Positions 24,117-37,890 are shown, counted from the first letter of the stretch. The stretch: 41,884 nt of DNA from Malacoraja senta (GCA_038087875.1 JAXLNO010000152.1:1-41884); one strand, 5' to 3'. The notes: a model not told the origin generated them from the sequence alone. Made by a program: numbers and translations.

Positions 24117-24590
24117 ACTTTGAGGAAGGACATTCTTGTTATTGAGGGAGTGCAGCGTAGGTTCACAAGATTAATTCCCGGGATGGCGGGACTGTCATAG
24201 GTTGATAGAATGGAGCGGCTGGGCTTATATACTTTGGAATTTGGAAGGATGAGAGGAGATCTTATTGAAACATATCTTATTGAAACATATAAGATTGGAC
24301 ACGCTAGAGGCAGGAAACATGTTCCCGATGTTGGGGGACTCACAACTCTCTGTGAGAAAAAGTGTTTCCTCGTCTCCTTTCTAAATGGCTTACCCCTTGT
24401 TCTTAAACTGTGGCCCCTGGTTCTGGACTCCCCCAACATCGGGAACATGTTTCCTGCCTCTAGCGTGTCCAAACCCTTAACAATCTTATATGTTTCAATA
24501 AGATTCCCTCTCATCCTTCGAAACTCCAGAGTGAACAAGCCCAGCCGCTCCATTCTCTCAGCATATGACAGTCCCGCCATCCCGGAAAAA
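24117..24590. mobile_element. Fold-back CR1 fragment (sense then antisense)
   Basis: About 24180-24338 is the reverse complement of about 24429-24585. Confidence 0.8.
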
Positions 24591-26389
24591 ATTAATCCCA
24601 TCCCGGGATCTTGATTTGGGGGCCTCGAAAATTGAGGGGCCTCTGCTTGATCTTGGTATGGGGGCCTCGAAAATTTAAATTGGCCCGGGCCTCAGTCCAT
24701 CTATGAGGGGTATATACCAACTTTTCTGAAAGTCGTTCTGTATTGTATTTGCTCAGGACTAGAGGTATTCAGCATGCTACTGTGCGTGGAAAAAGCTGAC
24801 GTACAAAACCAACGCTGTACAAATTAGCATTAGATCTCTTGTTTAAAAAGTATATATACTCGTAAGAAAAATATAAGGACCTTTATGGGCAATAGCTCTA
24901 AGTGAAATGGAGGATTTCACAAACTTTTGTTGCTATCTGTCGTCTTGGGGGAAAAAAAGTTGTAAAACTAAGCAATTAATCCTGCGATCTATGGTCTGCA
25001 TTTTCCATCATTTTTTTTTTTTTTAAACCTCTGCAACTTGATGTTTTCTTAAAAGTAATCACTAATCCTCGGAGATTTATTGGGCCCATTGTATACAGCT
25101 CAGTTGTTGCAGAAACAAATCTTGGTGACAGATGACTTTGGCTAAATATCCCCGAGAAAAATATCATTCAAAAATAAAATACTTTAATCAACGTATACGT
25201 GGTGATATGTTTTTTTTTTGAAGGCTAGGCATGAAACGGAGATAAAATGTTTTGTGCTGCCTGAATAGACACTTTCTTCACAGCACTTAGGCCTCTGTAT
25301 CCTTCAGCAAACTCTCTTGTACTGGAAATGGAACTGGCTGAGGTTCTTGGGCATAGTGTGTGCCTTCCCTTTTATGACTGGCATTGCAATAACTAGATTG
25401 CAAAGATATTTATGCTGTCTGTGGCTTAGCAAGATAATTAAAGGACATAAATTAATCAAGTGCAATTAATTAGAAACTTTATGTTCGCAGCAGTCTTTCT
25501 TTGCATGTATAATTTATAATTATTGATTTGTTGGCTAGCATTAGCCTACGAGATAACAGTGAAAATGCATTAGAGGAGAAAAGGTAGAATTAGTGTTAAG
25601 AGCGAACCCCAGATAATTGATAGATCACTGTATGTTTGTGTCAAATGTAAAGCTTTGTGAAGTGTCATAAGCAGATTGAATTGATGAGTGGTATTTTAGT
25701 CCATATGTTTGAGCTGATTAATGAGGTTTTTTAAACCAGTGGCCTTAATGAGAAGCTGATAGGCTTTCTTGAATTTACATTTTAATTTAAAAGTGTTATA
25801 ATGGTGAAGGTAAATTGAGAGTATGTGAGTGAACGTTACACTTGTCGAAGTGCTCTTAAAAATGCACTGTTTGCCTTCCCTTGGACATGTCTTTATGAAT
25901 TTCGATAAATTAATAATTGAGTTCATGATTTACAAAGAAACATTTTGACCTGGGAGGAGTCCTACATGACTGTTTCCATTCTAAATGGTGGCATTATCTA
26001 TTCTCTCTCTTTTTAAAAAAAAAGTCTTTTGTTACATGTTCATTAGAGAATCTTCATCTAAGGTTGCACTGTAATAACGATTGCTTTGGGATAGAGTGCA
26101 TCGCGCTGTGCATCCGCCCAGTCCGCAGCCCAGAAAAAGTATCGCTTCATGGCTGAGTTATCAGGTGCAAGTGGGGAAATACAGTCTGCTGCTATTAGAT
26201 TACCTGCAACTGGACCGGGCAGAATTAAGGCGCTTCAATTGGTTTTATCCTCAACAGAACGATTCAGTGCTCCAAAAATATATTTCCAAAAGTCTTTGGT
26301 TTGATAATGATAGTAAATAATAATAATAATAATAGTCCATTGAATAAACAGATAATCCTCCTTCAGTCATGATGTGATATATTCAGTCT

Positions 26390-26631
26390 TTAATCTTATA
26401 TATTGTATATATATAGATATATTTATATATCTACATATATTAACATATATATCAATAAATATATCTATATATATACAACATATATTATATAGTATATATA
26501 TAGATATATTTATCAATATATCTATATATACAGTATATAATATACATACACACAATACATAATATTATTATTCATATATATATATATATATATACACACA
26601 CACTATATATATATATATACACAATATATAT

Positions 26632-26674
<43 letters not shown>

Positions 26675-27135
26675 TACATAAATAATTATATATATATATA
26701 CCGAAGATAGACACAAAATGCTGGAGTAACTCAGCGGGACAGGCAGCATCTCTGGAGAGAAGGAATGGGTGACGTTTCGGGTCAAGGCAAGAAGGGTCTC
26801 GAACCCGAAACGTCACCCATTCCTTCTCTCCAGAGATGCTGCCTGTCCTGCTGAGTTACTCCAGCATTTTGTGTCTATATATATTTGAGGTCTTATTAAT
26901 GATAACATTATATATATATAAATATTATATTATATTATATATATATATACATCAAATAATATATCAAATATTATTAATAATACATCAAATATTATTATTA
27001 AATTTATATAAGAACATTTATGTCGCATTAATAATACCATTTGATATATATATATATTATTTGATGCATATATATATATATATATATATATTCAAAAGTG
27101 ATCAAATGTTATTATCTATATATTTAATAATAATA
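26390..27135. repeat. AT-rich low-complexity tract containing a Penelope hairpin (about 26700-26878)
   Basis: (TA)n/(CA)n runs; gacacaaaatgctggagtaactcagc...gctgagttactccagcattttgtgtc. Confidence 0.85.
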
Positions 27136-28384
27136 TTTGATCTCTAATTTGCACATTTACACTATCCTACACACACTAGGGACAATTTACAATTATACCA
27201 CGCCACTTAACTTACAAACTGGTGCGTCTTTGGAGTGTGGGAGGAAACTGGAGAAAACCCACGCAGGTCACGGGGAGAACGTACGAACTCCGTACAGTCA
27301 GCACCCGTGGTCAGGATCGAACCCGGGTCTCTGGGGCTGTGAGGCAGCAACTCTACCGCTGCGGTGCCGTGCCGCCCCCAGCACTCTGTGAAACGTCACC
27401 GACCCACGTTCTCCAGGGATGCTGCCGGACCCGCTGCGTTACTCCAGCACTCTGTGTCTTTTTGTGTATTAACCAGCAGCTGCGGTTTTTTGTTTTGACT
27501 GTGCTTTGTGGGGGTGGGGGGGTGGGAAGGGAGGCACAGGTTGAGTGGAAATGTCAGTGCCATCTTTCACATTTTTTTAAAGCGAGAAGGTATCCATCTC
27601 CTGAGGGGAGTTTGGATTAGTGGGTGGAGAGGAAGGGATGGATCAGAACTTTATCTCCATGCACTGCAGTAACAAAAGCCCTCGCTGATGCCTCACTAAC
27701 TCCATCCCATCTCCTGTTTCTCCCAACGCTATCACTCTCCCATTATGTGCTGGTGCCTTTTTTTAAATCCTATTAGCTCATTCCCTTAACTCCTCCTTAA
27801 TTTAACGCAAATAAATTACCGGCTTTTGCGCACACAGATGAGCAAAGACCATGACATTTTTTCTTAAGGAATTAAACGACACCGTTTGTGCGTAATAATT
27901 GCTGTATTTCGGTTGCGCATCAAAGACGTTTTCAAAAAAGATCAGCCAATGCGGTTTTTCCTCAACATAGTCCATTAAATATGTGTTCTTCCAGTGCATA
28001 TTAATTATTGTTGAAATGGGTTTATGTGCCAGGTGATTCTGAATAAAAAATCTTAATTTTGTCGTAATGTTCATAATGTGTCTATTCTCAGTGGAGCTGC
28101 CAGCTAAGTGTGATCTTAATTTGTGTGACACAGGATATGCCTGTGTCACAGCGGATAAACCATTCTATCACCTTAATGCATCGCCTGATGCAAGGTAATT
28201 CTGCCGTATTTAGTGCCTTCATTATAGACTGCAGTATGGTCTGGATTAATACACCATATTTAAGTTTCCAGGTGAATGTCACAGCCATGTTTACCTAAGA
28301 CTGTGTGTAGGGGGGAACTGCAGATGCTGGTTTAAACCGAGGTCAGACACAAAAGGCTGGGGTAACTCAGCGGGTCAAGCAGTG

Positions 28385-28823
28385 TATTCACTGGAGTTTA
28401 GAAGGATGAGGGGGAATGTTATAGAAACATATAAAATTATAAAAAAAGGACTGGACAAGCTAGATGCAGGAAAAATGTTCCCAATGTTGGGCGAGTCCAG
28501 AACCAGGGGCCACACAGTCTTAGAATAAAGGGGAGGTTATTTAAGACTGAGGTGAGAAAAAAACTTTTTCACCCAGAGAGTTGTGAATTTATGGAATTCC
28601 CTGCCACAGAGGGCAGTGGAGGCCAAGTCACTGGATGGATTTAAGAGAGAGTTAGATAGAGCTCTAGGGGCTAGTGGAGTCAAGGGATATGGGGAGAAGG
28701 CAGGCACGGGTTATTGATAGGGGACGGTCAGCCATGATCACAATGAATGGTGGTGCTGGCTCGAAGGGCTGAATGGCCTCCTCCTGCACCTATTTTCTCT
28801 GTTTCTATGTTTTTATGTTTCTA
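28385..28823 (+). mobile_element. CR1-like LINE 3' fragment inserted in a Penelope terminal repeat
   Basis: CR1 C-terminus and 3'UTR; Penelope repeat parts at 28305-28383 and 28824-28875. Confidence 0.75.
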
Positions 28824-29140
28824 TCTCTGGGGAAAAAGGAATAGGTGACGTCTCAAGTCCAGACCCTTCTTCAGCCCCGTCTAAAGAAACATAAAATGGT
28901 GTGATCAGTAAAGTAAAAGAAATGTTCTTGGCCTTGTATTCCAATTTACTTTGAGAACCGATAATACCCTTTAAAAAAATTGGGGCAGCATGGTGGTGCA
29001 GCAGTAGAGTTGCTGCCTTACAGCACCAGAGACCTGGGTCAAATCCTCTATTTGTCAACACCTCAAAACGCTCCCCGAACCTTAACTCCTTGGCGGTCCT
29101 GCGACTCTCAGTCTAATATTCCTTCACAGCACTTCGGGGA

Positions 29141-29453
29141 CGTCACGGTGGCGCAGCGGTAGAGTTGCTACCTCACAGCGCCAGAGACCCGGGTTCCATC
29201 CTGACCACTGGTGCTGTCCGTACAGAGTCTGTACCTTCTCCCTGTGACCCGCGTGGGTTTCCTCCGGGTGCTCCGGTTTCCTCTCACACTCCAAAGACGT
29301 ACAGGTTTGTAGGTTATTTGGCTGCGGCAAAATTGTAAATCGTCCCTAGTGTGTAGTGAGTGTCAGTGTGCGGGGATCGCTGGTCGGCACGGATTCGGTG
29401 GGCCGAAGGGTCTGTTTCCGCGCTCTATCTCTAAACTAAACCAAACTAAACTA
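29141..29453 (+). mobile_element. HE1-like V-SINE, near full length
   Basis: A and B boxes, core, (taaac)n tail. Confidence 0.85.
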
Positions 29454-29921
29454 AAAAAGTCTCCATTAGATATCAGATTTCCTTTTATACTCATTCCTTA
29501 ATGAAGTGGGTGCTTTGCAATATGCCGTGTCACCTTGTAAGTAGAGTATTAAGTAGCCTTAAATACTTAATACTTAAACCTACTGGCATTTTCTAAATCT
29601 GATTTGGTTATTTTATGGAAATACCTAAGATCAAAGCTGCTATGCATCAATGCAGTGCATGGTTAGTATATATTCTTGCAACATTCATTACTGAAACGGA
29701 GAATCCGACTTTTAATGCTTAAATGAAAATTCGTTAACTAGCTAGCAGCAAAAGTAGAGAAATATTATGCATTGTTTTTATTTTTTTTAATATTTTCGAA
29801 CTTTTTAAAACTACTGACAAAAGGGTTTATTTTTTCCATTAAAGTGAGCAAAGGAGTTTTTTCTTACAGAAATTAAAAGCTTTAGATAAGAATGTGTACT
29901 TAATCAATTCAATGATAACCT

Positions 29922-30155
29922 GATAAGATACGATACCATAGGACTTTATGTATCCAGGAGGGCAATTGGTCTGCCAACCGTCATAAAACAGAACAAGATA
30001 CATAAACCATGAAATTAAAGTGACGAATGGAAAGGATTTGGGATGAGCAAAGATTGGGGAGGGGAGCCAGTCTACCCCACGACAGAAGGGGGAGGAGTTG
30101 TACAGTTTGATAGCCACAGGGAAGAAGGGTCTCCTGTGGTGTTCTGTGCTGCATC
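29922..30155 (-). mobile_element. Rex1-like LINE 3' fragment
   Basis: CSTEHHRRPFFPVAIKLYNS C-terminal motif; (gatac)n tail. Confidence 0.55.
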
Positions 30156-30502
30156 TTGAATACCACACTTGTATGGGTCTGAAGAAGGGTCTCGAACCAA
30201 AACATTACCTATTCCGTTTCTCCACAGATGCTGCCAGACCCGCCGAGTTACTCCAGATTTCGGTGTCCATCTTCGGTGTGAACCAGTATCCGCAGTTCCT
30301 TCCGACACCACCATTCTATTTTCAGTCTGTACTTGAGATTTTCATTATTTTGATCTCTGTGTTAAGTTTGAAGTCAAGAGCACTTTACCATGCTCCAGCA
30401 TTTTGTGTTTATCTTCGGTTTAAACCAGCATCTGCAGTTCCTTCCTACACGGAGTTACAAGGAGCTCGTTTCCCTGCATTTGCCAGCACTATGCTCTTAT
30501 CA

Positions 30503-31527
30503 ATAGACAATAGGTGCAGGAGTAGGCCATTCGGCCCTTCGAGCCAGCACCGCCATTCAATGTGATCATGGCCGATCATCCCCAATCAGTACCCCGCTCC
30601 CGCCTTCTCCCCATATCCCCTGACTCCGCTATTTTTAAGAGCTCTATCTAGCTCTCTCTCTTGAAAGCATCCAGAGAACCTGCCTCCACCGCCCTCTGAG
30701 GCAGAGAATTCCACAGACTCACCACTCTCTGTGAGGAAAAGTGTTTCCTCGTCTCCGTTCTAAATGGCTTACTCCTTATTCTTAAACTGTGGCCCCTGGT
30801 TCTGGACTCCCCCAACATCGGGAACATGTTTCCTGCCTCTAGCGTGTCCAAACCCTTAACAATCTTATATGTTTCAATGAGATACCCTCTCATCCTTCTA
30901 AATTCCAGAGTGTACAAGCCCAGCTGCTCCATTCTCTCAGCATATGACAGTCCCGCCATCCCGGGAATTAACCTTGTAAACCTACGCTGCACTCCCTCAA
31001 TAGCAACAATGTCCTTCCTCACATTAGAGGACCAGAACTGCACACAATACTCCAGGTGTGGTCTCACTAGGGCTCTGTACAACTGCAGAAGGACCTCTTT
31101 GCTCCTATATTCGACTCCTCTTGTTATAAAGGCCAACATGCCATTCGCTTTCTTCACTGCCTGCTGTACCTGCATGCTTACTTTCATAGACTGATGTACA
31201 AGGACCCCCAGATCCCGTTGTACTTCCCCTTTTCCCATCTTGACGCCATTTAGATAGTAATCTGCCTTCCTGTTTTTGCTACCAAAGTGGATAACCTCAC
31301 ATTTATCCGCATTAAACTTCATCTGCCATGCATCTGCCCACTCCCCCAACCTGTCCAAGTCACCCTGCATTCTCATAGCATCCTCCTCACAGTTCACACT
31401 GCCACCCAGCTTTGTGTCATCTGAAAATTTGCTAATGTTACTTTGAATCCCTTCATTCAAATCATTGATGTATATTGTAAATAGCTGCGGTCTCAGCACC
31501 GAGCCTTGCGGTACCCCACTAGTCACT
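30503..31527 (-). mobile_element. 5'-truncated CR1/HER1-like LINE with RT C-terminal ORF (30648-31526)
   Basis: SGVPQGSVLRPQLFTIYIND, FSDD (altered catalytic motif), WQMKFNADKC, RPHLEYCVQFWS. Confidence 0.95.
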
Positions 31528-32059
31528 ATCAGCTGCTGTGAAGTGCATGGAAACGATCCTGACCTGACCTGATATGATTCCTGTGATTTAATTAATCTTT
31601 GAGGAGATTGTCAACTTTTTGGTATTGGTGTCGGCATTGTGTTAATAATGTCACGTGTGCCAACACTTGTCCTGTGTACCGTCCATATCTCTCGTTTCCC
31701 TCTCCCCTTACCCAGTCTGAGGAAGGGTCTCGACCCGAAACATCACCCATACCTTCTCTCCAGGGATGCTGCCTGCCCCCGCTGAGTTACTCCAGCATTT
31801 TATGTGGACAGAACAGCAGATTACAAGTCCAGTTGAAATGACTGAATAAAGTTCAAGAAGAGAAACTGATAAATAACATAATTATGTTTAAGAAAGAACT
31901 GATGGTAAACATGTCGATTAAATTCTTCATTACAAATCTAAATGGACCAAATTCATTCATAAGCTGATTGAAGAGAGAGACCCCTCTGTACACACCAACC
32001 TAGGATCACTCCAGCTTCTCATCATGCTTCCATTTAGAATGGAGGTGAATTTGGTCAGA

Positions 32060-32284
32060 AGATGGACACGAAATGCTGCAGTAACTCAGCAGGACAGGCA
32101 GCGTTACTGGAGAAGAGGAATTGGTCAGTGAGAAATAGGTTTCGAGTGAGTTGAGTCTGAAGAAGGGTTCCGACCCGTAACGTCACCCATCCATTGTCTC
32201 CAGAGATGCTGCCTGTCCCACCGAGTTACTCCAGCACTTTGTGTCTATCTCCGGTGTAAACCAGCATCTGCAGTTCCTTCCCAT
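32060..32284 (+). mobile_element. Penelope-like hairpin element (subfamily B, diverged)
   Basis: Inverted arms; ctgaagaagggttccgacccgtaacgtc; degenerate TSD gaatttggtcaga / gcattcggccaga. Confidence 0.65.
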
Positions 32285-32899
32285 GCATTCGGCCAGAGTT
32301 ACTCTGGGAGATTCATCTAAAAGCAAGTGACTTTAAACTAGAACAAAGCCATTGTGAATGCAGCTAAAGGTCGCATGTAGGATTCAAACAGATTCTATCA
32401 TAAAATGGCACTTGACAATATTAAACTTTTGTCCACAACCTGTTTAACGAAAATGATGGCTTTTCCCTTGAACTAATCTTTACTTTTTGACTGTTGTTGA
32501 AGTATTATGTTGACCAAATGGGACAAAAATCAATACTTGCCATTTATTTCTTAGAAATCCGACACTCCATTTCAAATGTTTGAGTCCCTTATGACTTGTT
32601 TGAGAGATGCATTATACTTAACATTAGTCATCTCATATGCCAATTTCGCCCTTTACTTTAGGAATGTTTTACAGCGGGCAACTTTTACCATTTTAGAATT
32701 GTTTTCAAAAGAGCCCATTCCCCTCATGAATTTACACCCCTCTATAAGATCACTCCTCAGCCTCCGTTGCTGTAAGGATGAAGTCCTAGCCTGCCCCAAC
32801 CTCTCCCTATATCTCAGGCCCTCGAGTCCTGGGCTACATTGAATCAGCCAAAGCCTTTTGTGGAGTAACTGGGTTAATATACACTGGGTTTCATTCTTA

Positions 32900-33210
32900 A
32901 GGGGCTGTCCCACTGTACGAGCTAATTCAAGAGCTCTCCCGAGTTAAAATCAAACTCGTGGTAAGCACGTAGAATGTACGTAGCGGGTACGTCGGAGCTC
33001 GGGACGCCTCTTAGCGGCTCGTAACGCTAACGGCAGGTACTCGGGAAACGCGGTAAGCTCGTGAAGACTCGTGAAGATTTTTCAACATGTTGAAAAATGT
33101 CCACGAGAGCCCCGAGTACCTACGAGCGGCCATTACCGTAATTCTCCGAGTTCGAATCAGGGGAAACTCGGGAGAACTCTTGAATTAGCTCGTACAGTGG
33201 GACAGGCCCT
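32900..33210. mobile_element. PIF/Harbinger-type MITE
   Basis: TIR ctgtcccactgtacgagctaattcaagag; TTA TSD on both sides. Confidence 0.9.
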
Positions 33211-33292
33211 TTAGGATGTTTCTTAGTATTAGTCCATCATCGTTGGTGTGTAGTAGACTGCACATTATTGGTAAGTTATTCCATAAGGAAAT

Positions 33293-33660
33293 AAGAATAG
33301 TGAAAGGCCTGGATAGAGTGGATGTGGAGAGGATGTTTCCACTAGTGGGAGAGTCTAGGACGAGAGGTCATAGCCTCAAAGTTAAAGGACGTTCTTTTGG
33401 GCGGAAGATGAGGGGAAATTTATTTAATCAGAGGGTAGTATTCTTTGCCTCAGAAGGTTGTGGAGGCCGTCAGTGGATATTTTTAAATCAGAGATTGATA
33501 GATTCTTGATTAGTACGGGTGTTAGGGGTTATGGGGAGAAGGCAGGAGAATGGGGTTAGGAGGGAGAGATAGAACAGCCATGATTGAATGACGCAGTAGG
33601 CATGATGGGCCGAATGACCTAATATTACTCCTATCCCTTATGACCTTATGACCTTATGAC
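33293..33660 (+). mobile_element. CR1-like LINE 3' fragment
   Basis: IVKGLDRVDVERMFPLVGESRTRGH; (ccttatga)n tail. Confidence 0.8.
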
Positions 33661-33749
33661 ATTACAGGGTAGAGTCTTTTACCCAGAGTTGGGGGATCAA
33701 GAACCAGGTGGCACGGGTTTAAGGTGAGAGGGGAAAATTTTAATAGTAA

Positions 33750-34064
33750 CAGTGGCACAGCGGTAGAGTTGCTGCCTTTGAGCGCCAGAGATCCGTGTTC
33801 GATCCTGACTGCGGGTGCTGTCTGTCTGGAGTTTGTGCGTTCTCCCGGTGACCTGCGTGGGTTTTCTCCGGGTGCTCCAGTTTCCTCCCACACTCCAAAG
33901 GCGTGCAGGTTTGCAGGTTAATTGGCTTGATATTATTGTAAATTGTCCCAAGTGTGTGTAGGTTAATGGTAACGTGCGGGGACGCTGGTCGGCACGGACT
34001 CGGTGGGGTGAAGGGCCTCTTTCCGCGGCGTATCTCTAAACTAAACTAAACTACACTAAACTAA
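33750..34064 (+). mobile_element. HE1-like V-SINE inserted in a CR1 fragment
   Basis: Head, core and (taaac)n tail. Confidence 0.8.
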
Positions 34065-34758
34065 AGGAAACTGTGGGTAACTTTTCCCACACATAGGGTG
34101 GTGGGTATATGGAACAAGCTGCTGGAGGAGGTAGTTGAAGCGGGTGCTAAAGCAACATTTAAAGGACGCATGGATAGGACTGTGGAGGGGAAGGGTTTAG
34201 AAGGATATGGGCCAAAGGTGGGACTGGCAAAGATGGTGCACCGTGGACGGCATGGGAAAGTTGGGCCGAAGGGCCTGTTTCCGTGCTGTACGACGCTACG
34301 AGCTCAGCCGCACAGAGCAGGACAGGTGAGGTGATGAAGGGAAACTCCGTGCAGCGTGTCCAGGGACCATTATTCCTCCTTGAAACACTGAGCGAAAGAG
34401 GCAGTCAATGGCCACACAAGTTAATCACACATCCGTCACCCCACTCCCATTCTCAGCAGTTACCCTCTTGCTCCATATAGTCGTATATCCTGTGGATGAG
34501 ATGAAACTACTCTATTTGAGTGAACTGGACACAGTAAACTGGAGAAGCTCAGCAGGACAGGCAGCATCTGTGTTCAGAAGGAATGAGTGCCTGCCTGTCC
34601 CGCTGAGTTACTCTGGCTTTCTTCGGTTTAAACCAGCATCTGCAGTTCCTTCCCACTCTATTTGAGTTTTGCCAGATACAGAGATACAGAGCAGAAACAG
34701 GCCCTTCGGCCCACCGGGTCCGCGCCGACCAGCGATCCCCGCACACCAGCACCATCCT

Positions 34759-35571
34759 TTTTTTTCTCTTTTTTTTAAATATTTTAATTTTATTAGAAGT
34801 AAGTACAATTGTATACAATCATATTTTCATAATACCTTTTATGTACAGCTTCTTATTTAAAAAAAAATTTGTAATAAAGAAGAAAAAGAAAAAAGTTAGA
34901 TAATGAAAAATAGAAAAATGTGAGATATATGGTGTGTGAAAAAGAAAAATAGAGAGTGAAAAAAGAAAGTTGAGACATAGAAAATAGAAGAAAGAGAGTA
35001 AAAGAAGAAAAGAGAAGAAAAGAAAATAGAAGTAAGGAGATCATTTATAAACTTGACCATCCCTCACCCAGTCACGGATTAGCTTTTACACCTGTGTTGC
35101 ACCATATGTTTCCAAAAAGACGACAAATGGAGACCAACTCGTTATGAATTGGTCAAATTTATCTATTAGGAGGAATCGCATTTCCTCAAGATGTGCGGTA
35201 TCCAACATACTTGCAATCCACATTTTGAGCGTTGGTATTGGTGTATTTTTCCAAAATTTCAATATTGATTTTTTTGCTATTATTAAACCATAATTTAAAA
35301 TTGACTTTTGAGATGAGCTCAATTTGTTCCCACCTTCCATTACCCCAAATATAATCAATTCGTTATTGGGTTCCATTTTTGTCTTAAATAATTTTGTAAA
35401 TATTTCGAAAATATCACTCCAAAATCCATGAAGTTTTATACAAGAAACAAAAGAGTGTGTTATAGTTGCGTCTTGGGTTAAACATTTATCGCAAATGGGC
35501 GATATATTTGGATAAAATTTATTTCATCTTATTTTTGAGTAATATAATCTATGTAAAATTTTAAATTGGAT
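34759..35571 (-). mobile_element. 5'-truncated L1/Tx1-clade LINE inserted in a SINE
   Basis: ICDKC...THSFVSC...FWSDIF zinc-knuckle region, AKKSILKFWK, poly(A) tail; 16-bp TSD acaccagcaccatcct / acactagcaacatcct. Confidence 0.85.
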
Positions 35572-35872
35572 ACACTAGCAACATCCTACACACACTAGGG
35601 ACAATTTACAATTATATGATTAGAGTGGGTTTGATCCGGATCCTCCAGTTTCCTCCCACATTCCAAAGACATGCAGGTTTGTAGGTTAATTGACCTGTAA
35701 ATTGTCCCTCTTGTGAAGGATAGAACTAGTGTACAGGTGATCGAATAGCATGGTTAGCATGGACTGGGTGGGCCGAAGGGCCTGTTTCCACACTGTATCC
35801 TGTTTCCAGAATGCATCTCTGAACTAAACTACCGAAATCGGAACAATGAAATTCTTACTTGCAGCAGCATTA

Positions 35873-36202
35873 TAGCCCTGTCCCACTGTACGAGTTCATT
35901 CCAAGAACTCTCCCGAGTTAAAAAAAAATCGAACTCGTGGTAAGCACGGAGAATGAACGTAGCGGGTACGTCGGAGCTCGGGGACGTCTCTTAGCGGCTC
36001 ATAACGCTAACGGCAGGTACTCGGGAAGACTCGCTAACGGCAGGTAAGCACGGGAAGACTCGTGAAGATTTTTCAACATGTTGAAAAATGTCCACGAGAG
36101 CCCCGAGTACCGACGAGCGGCCATTACCGTAAATCTCCGAGTTCGAATCAGGGCAAACTCGGGAGAACTCTTGGAATGAACTTGTACCGTGGGACAGGGC
36201 TA
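35873..36202. mobile_element. PIF/Harbinger-type MITE within a Rex1 3' fragment
   Basis: TIR tagccctgtcccac...gtgggacagggcta; TTA/TAA flanks; close relative of 32900-33210. Confidence 0.9.
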
Positions 36203-36868
36203 TAACAGGTCTTTAAACGCAGTACTGCATAGATAACAAAATAAACAAATAAAAGTTCAATCACTTAAAAAAATAATATTACTCGAAAAAAGTCCTGAAG
36301 TCCTTGGGGCACCCAAGACAGTTCGTAGTTTAGTTGGTATTTGTCGTGTTCAAGAGCCTGATTGTTGCTGGGAAGAAACTGTACCCGAGCCTGGGGGTCA
36401 CGGTTTTCCGACTCCAGTACATTCTTCCCGAAGACAGGAGTGAAGAAGGAGGAGAGGTGGAGATATGCAGATGTTCAGAGAACAAATATTTGTGACTCTA
36501 AAGCTTGGGTAGATGAGGCTGTGGCCACCAATGATTGAATGCGTGCGACTCCAGAATTGAAGGCCGCGCCAACATTGTTGGGATTAAAGAATATGAGGAC
36601 TAGAGAGAGATGGGGGTGATCTAACTCAACATTCACACAAAGGGCGGTGGGTGTATGGAACGAGCTGCCGGAGGAGGTGGTTGTGGCAGGTACTATCACA
36701 ATGTTTAAGAAGCAATTGGACTGGTACATGGATAGAGGTTTAGAGGGGTATGGGCCAAACACGGGCAGGTGAGACAAGTGTATATGGGACATGTTGGTCG
36801 GTGTGAGCAAGTTGGGCCGAAGGGCCCGTTTCCAGACTGTATCACTCTATGACTCTATAACACTATAA

Positions 36869-37224
36869 AGGGCCTGTCCCACGAGCATGCGACCTGCATG
36901 CGGCAAGCGCGACCAAACCGGAAGCGGGTGGCGCGCGGAAGTCGAGTGAGTGACGTGAAGTTCGAGTGAAGTCCGCGCGTGACGTACGGCGTCAAGACGC
37001 TGCGTACGGCGTCGAGGCGGGTGCGGGCCGGCAGGCCGTTGCCGCGCGGAATTTTTTAACACGGTCAGTTTTTCGGAGCCCCGCGCGATGTCGGGACCAG
37101 CTCCGCACAACTCCATGCGGCTCCGGCGATCGAAGTGGGACCGGCACCGCGAAGCCGTATGGCACAAGCGACCACGTTAGGTCGCGTTTGCCGCATGGAG
37201 TCGCATGCTCGTGGGACAGGCCCT
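36869..37224. mobile_element. PIF/Harbinger-type MITE
   Basis: TIR agggcctgtcccacgagcatgcgac; TAA TSD on both sides. Confidence 0.9.
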
Positions 37225-37890
37225 TAACTCTAGAATCTGAAATAGGTTGTCAGGTTTAAAATTGAGATGTTGTTTAACCAGAAACCAAAGCAAAATGGTG
37301 ATGAAACTGATGATCTATTCATTTCTTCTGAGGTAAAAGGAAAATTTGAATACATTTTCGCTGCACTGAATGTTACCAGGATATTTGTTGAAGGGACTAA
37401 ATAAATATCTGTAAAACCCTGCTTTCATGACTCAGTGGATTTTTGGTGGAGTATCCTATTTCTAGGCCATGTTTATTAGCTTTTAATCTGAGTGGAAAAT
37501 AAGGCTTATTTTTGGTTGTAATTGCCTCAAAACTGATTCAATCGGGAAGAATGAACAGAATATTCAGGCTTATTTAACCTGGGCCATAGATCTTAGAAAA
37601 GAGCAGCTCAGGAACTGGCCCCTTCGGCCCACAATGTCCGTGCCAGGCCTAATGCAGGACAAGGCCCGATCTTAGTCACGTGTGTGATCAAAAAGATGAA
37701 AAATTGTGCAATACATCTCTTCTGATTCTGAAAGCATTACAGACATATTGTTTTGTTCTGTATACATGATTTATATATTTTTTCGGTCTATCAAATGAAA
37801 TTTTTATATGTTATGATGACAATGTTTGTTTTGGGTCAGAGGGTCAAATATGACTGGTCACGTGTGTGACACCACACGGAAGCCTTTTAC

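Noticed and set aside
24615..24710. Direct repeat gggggcctcgaaaatt x2
   Set aside because: Probably a DNA-transposon remnant, but no ends or TSD could be defined.
26367..27147. Ile/Tyr-rich ORFs and apparent inverted symmetry
   Set aside because: Low-complexity (TA)n DNA produces both trivially.
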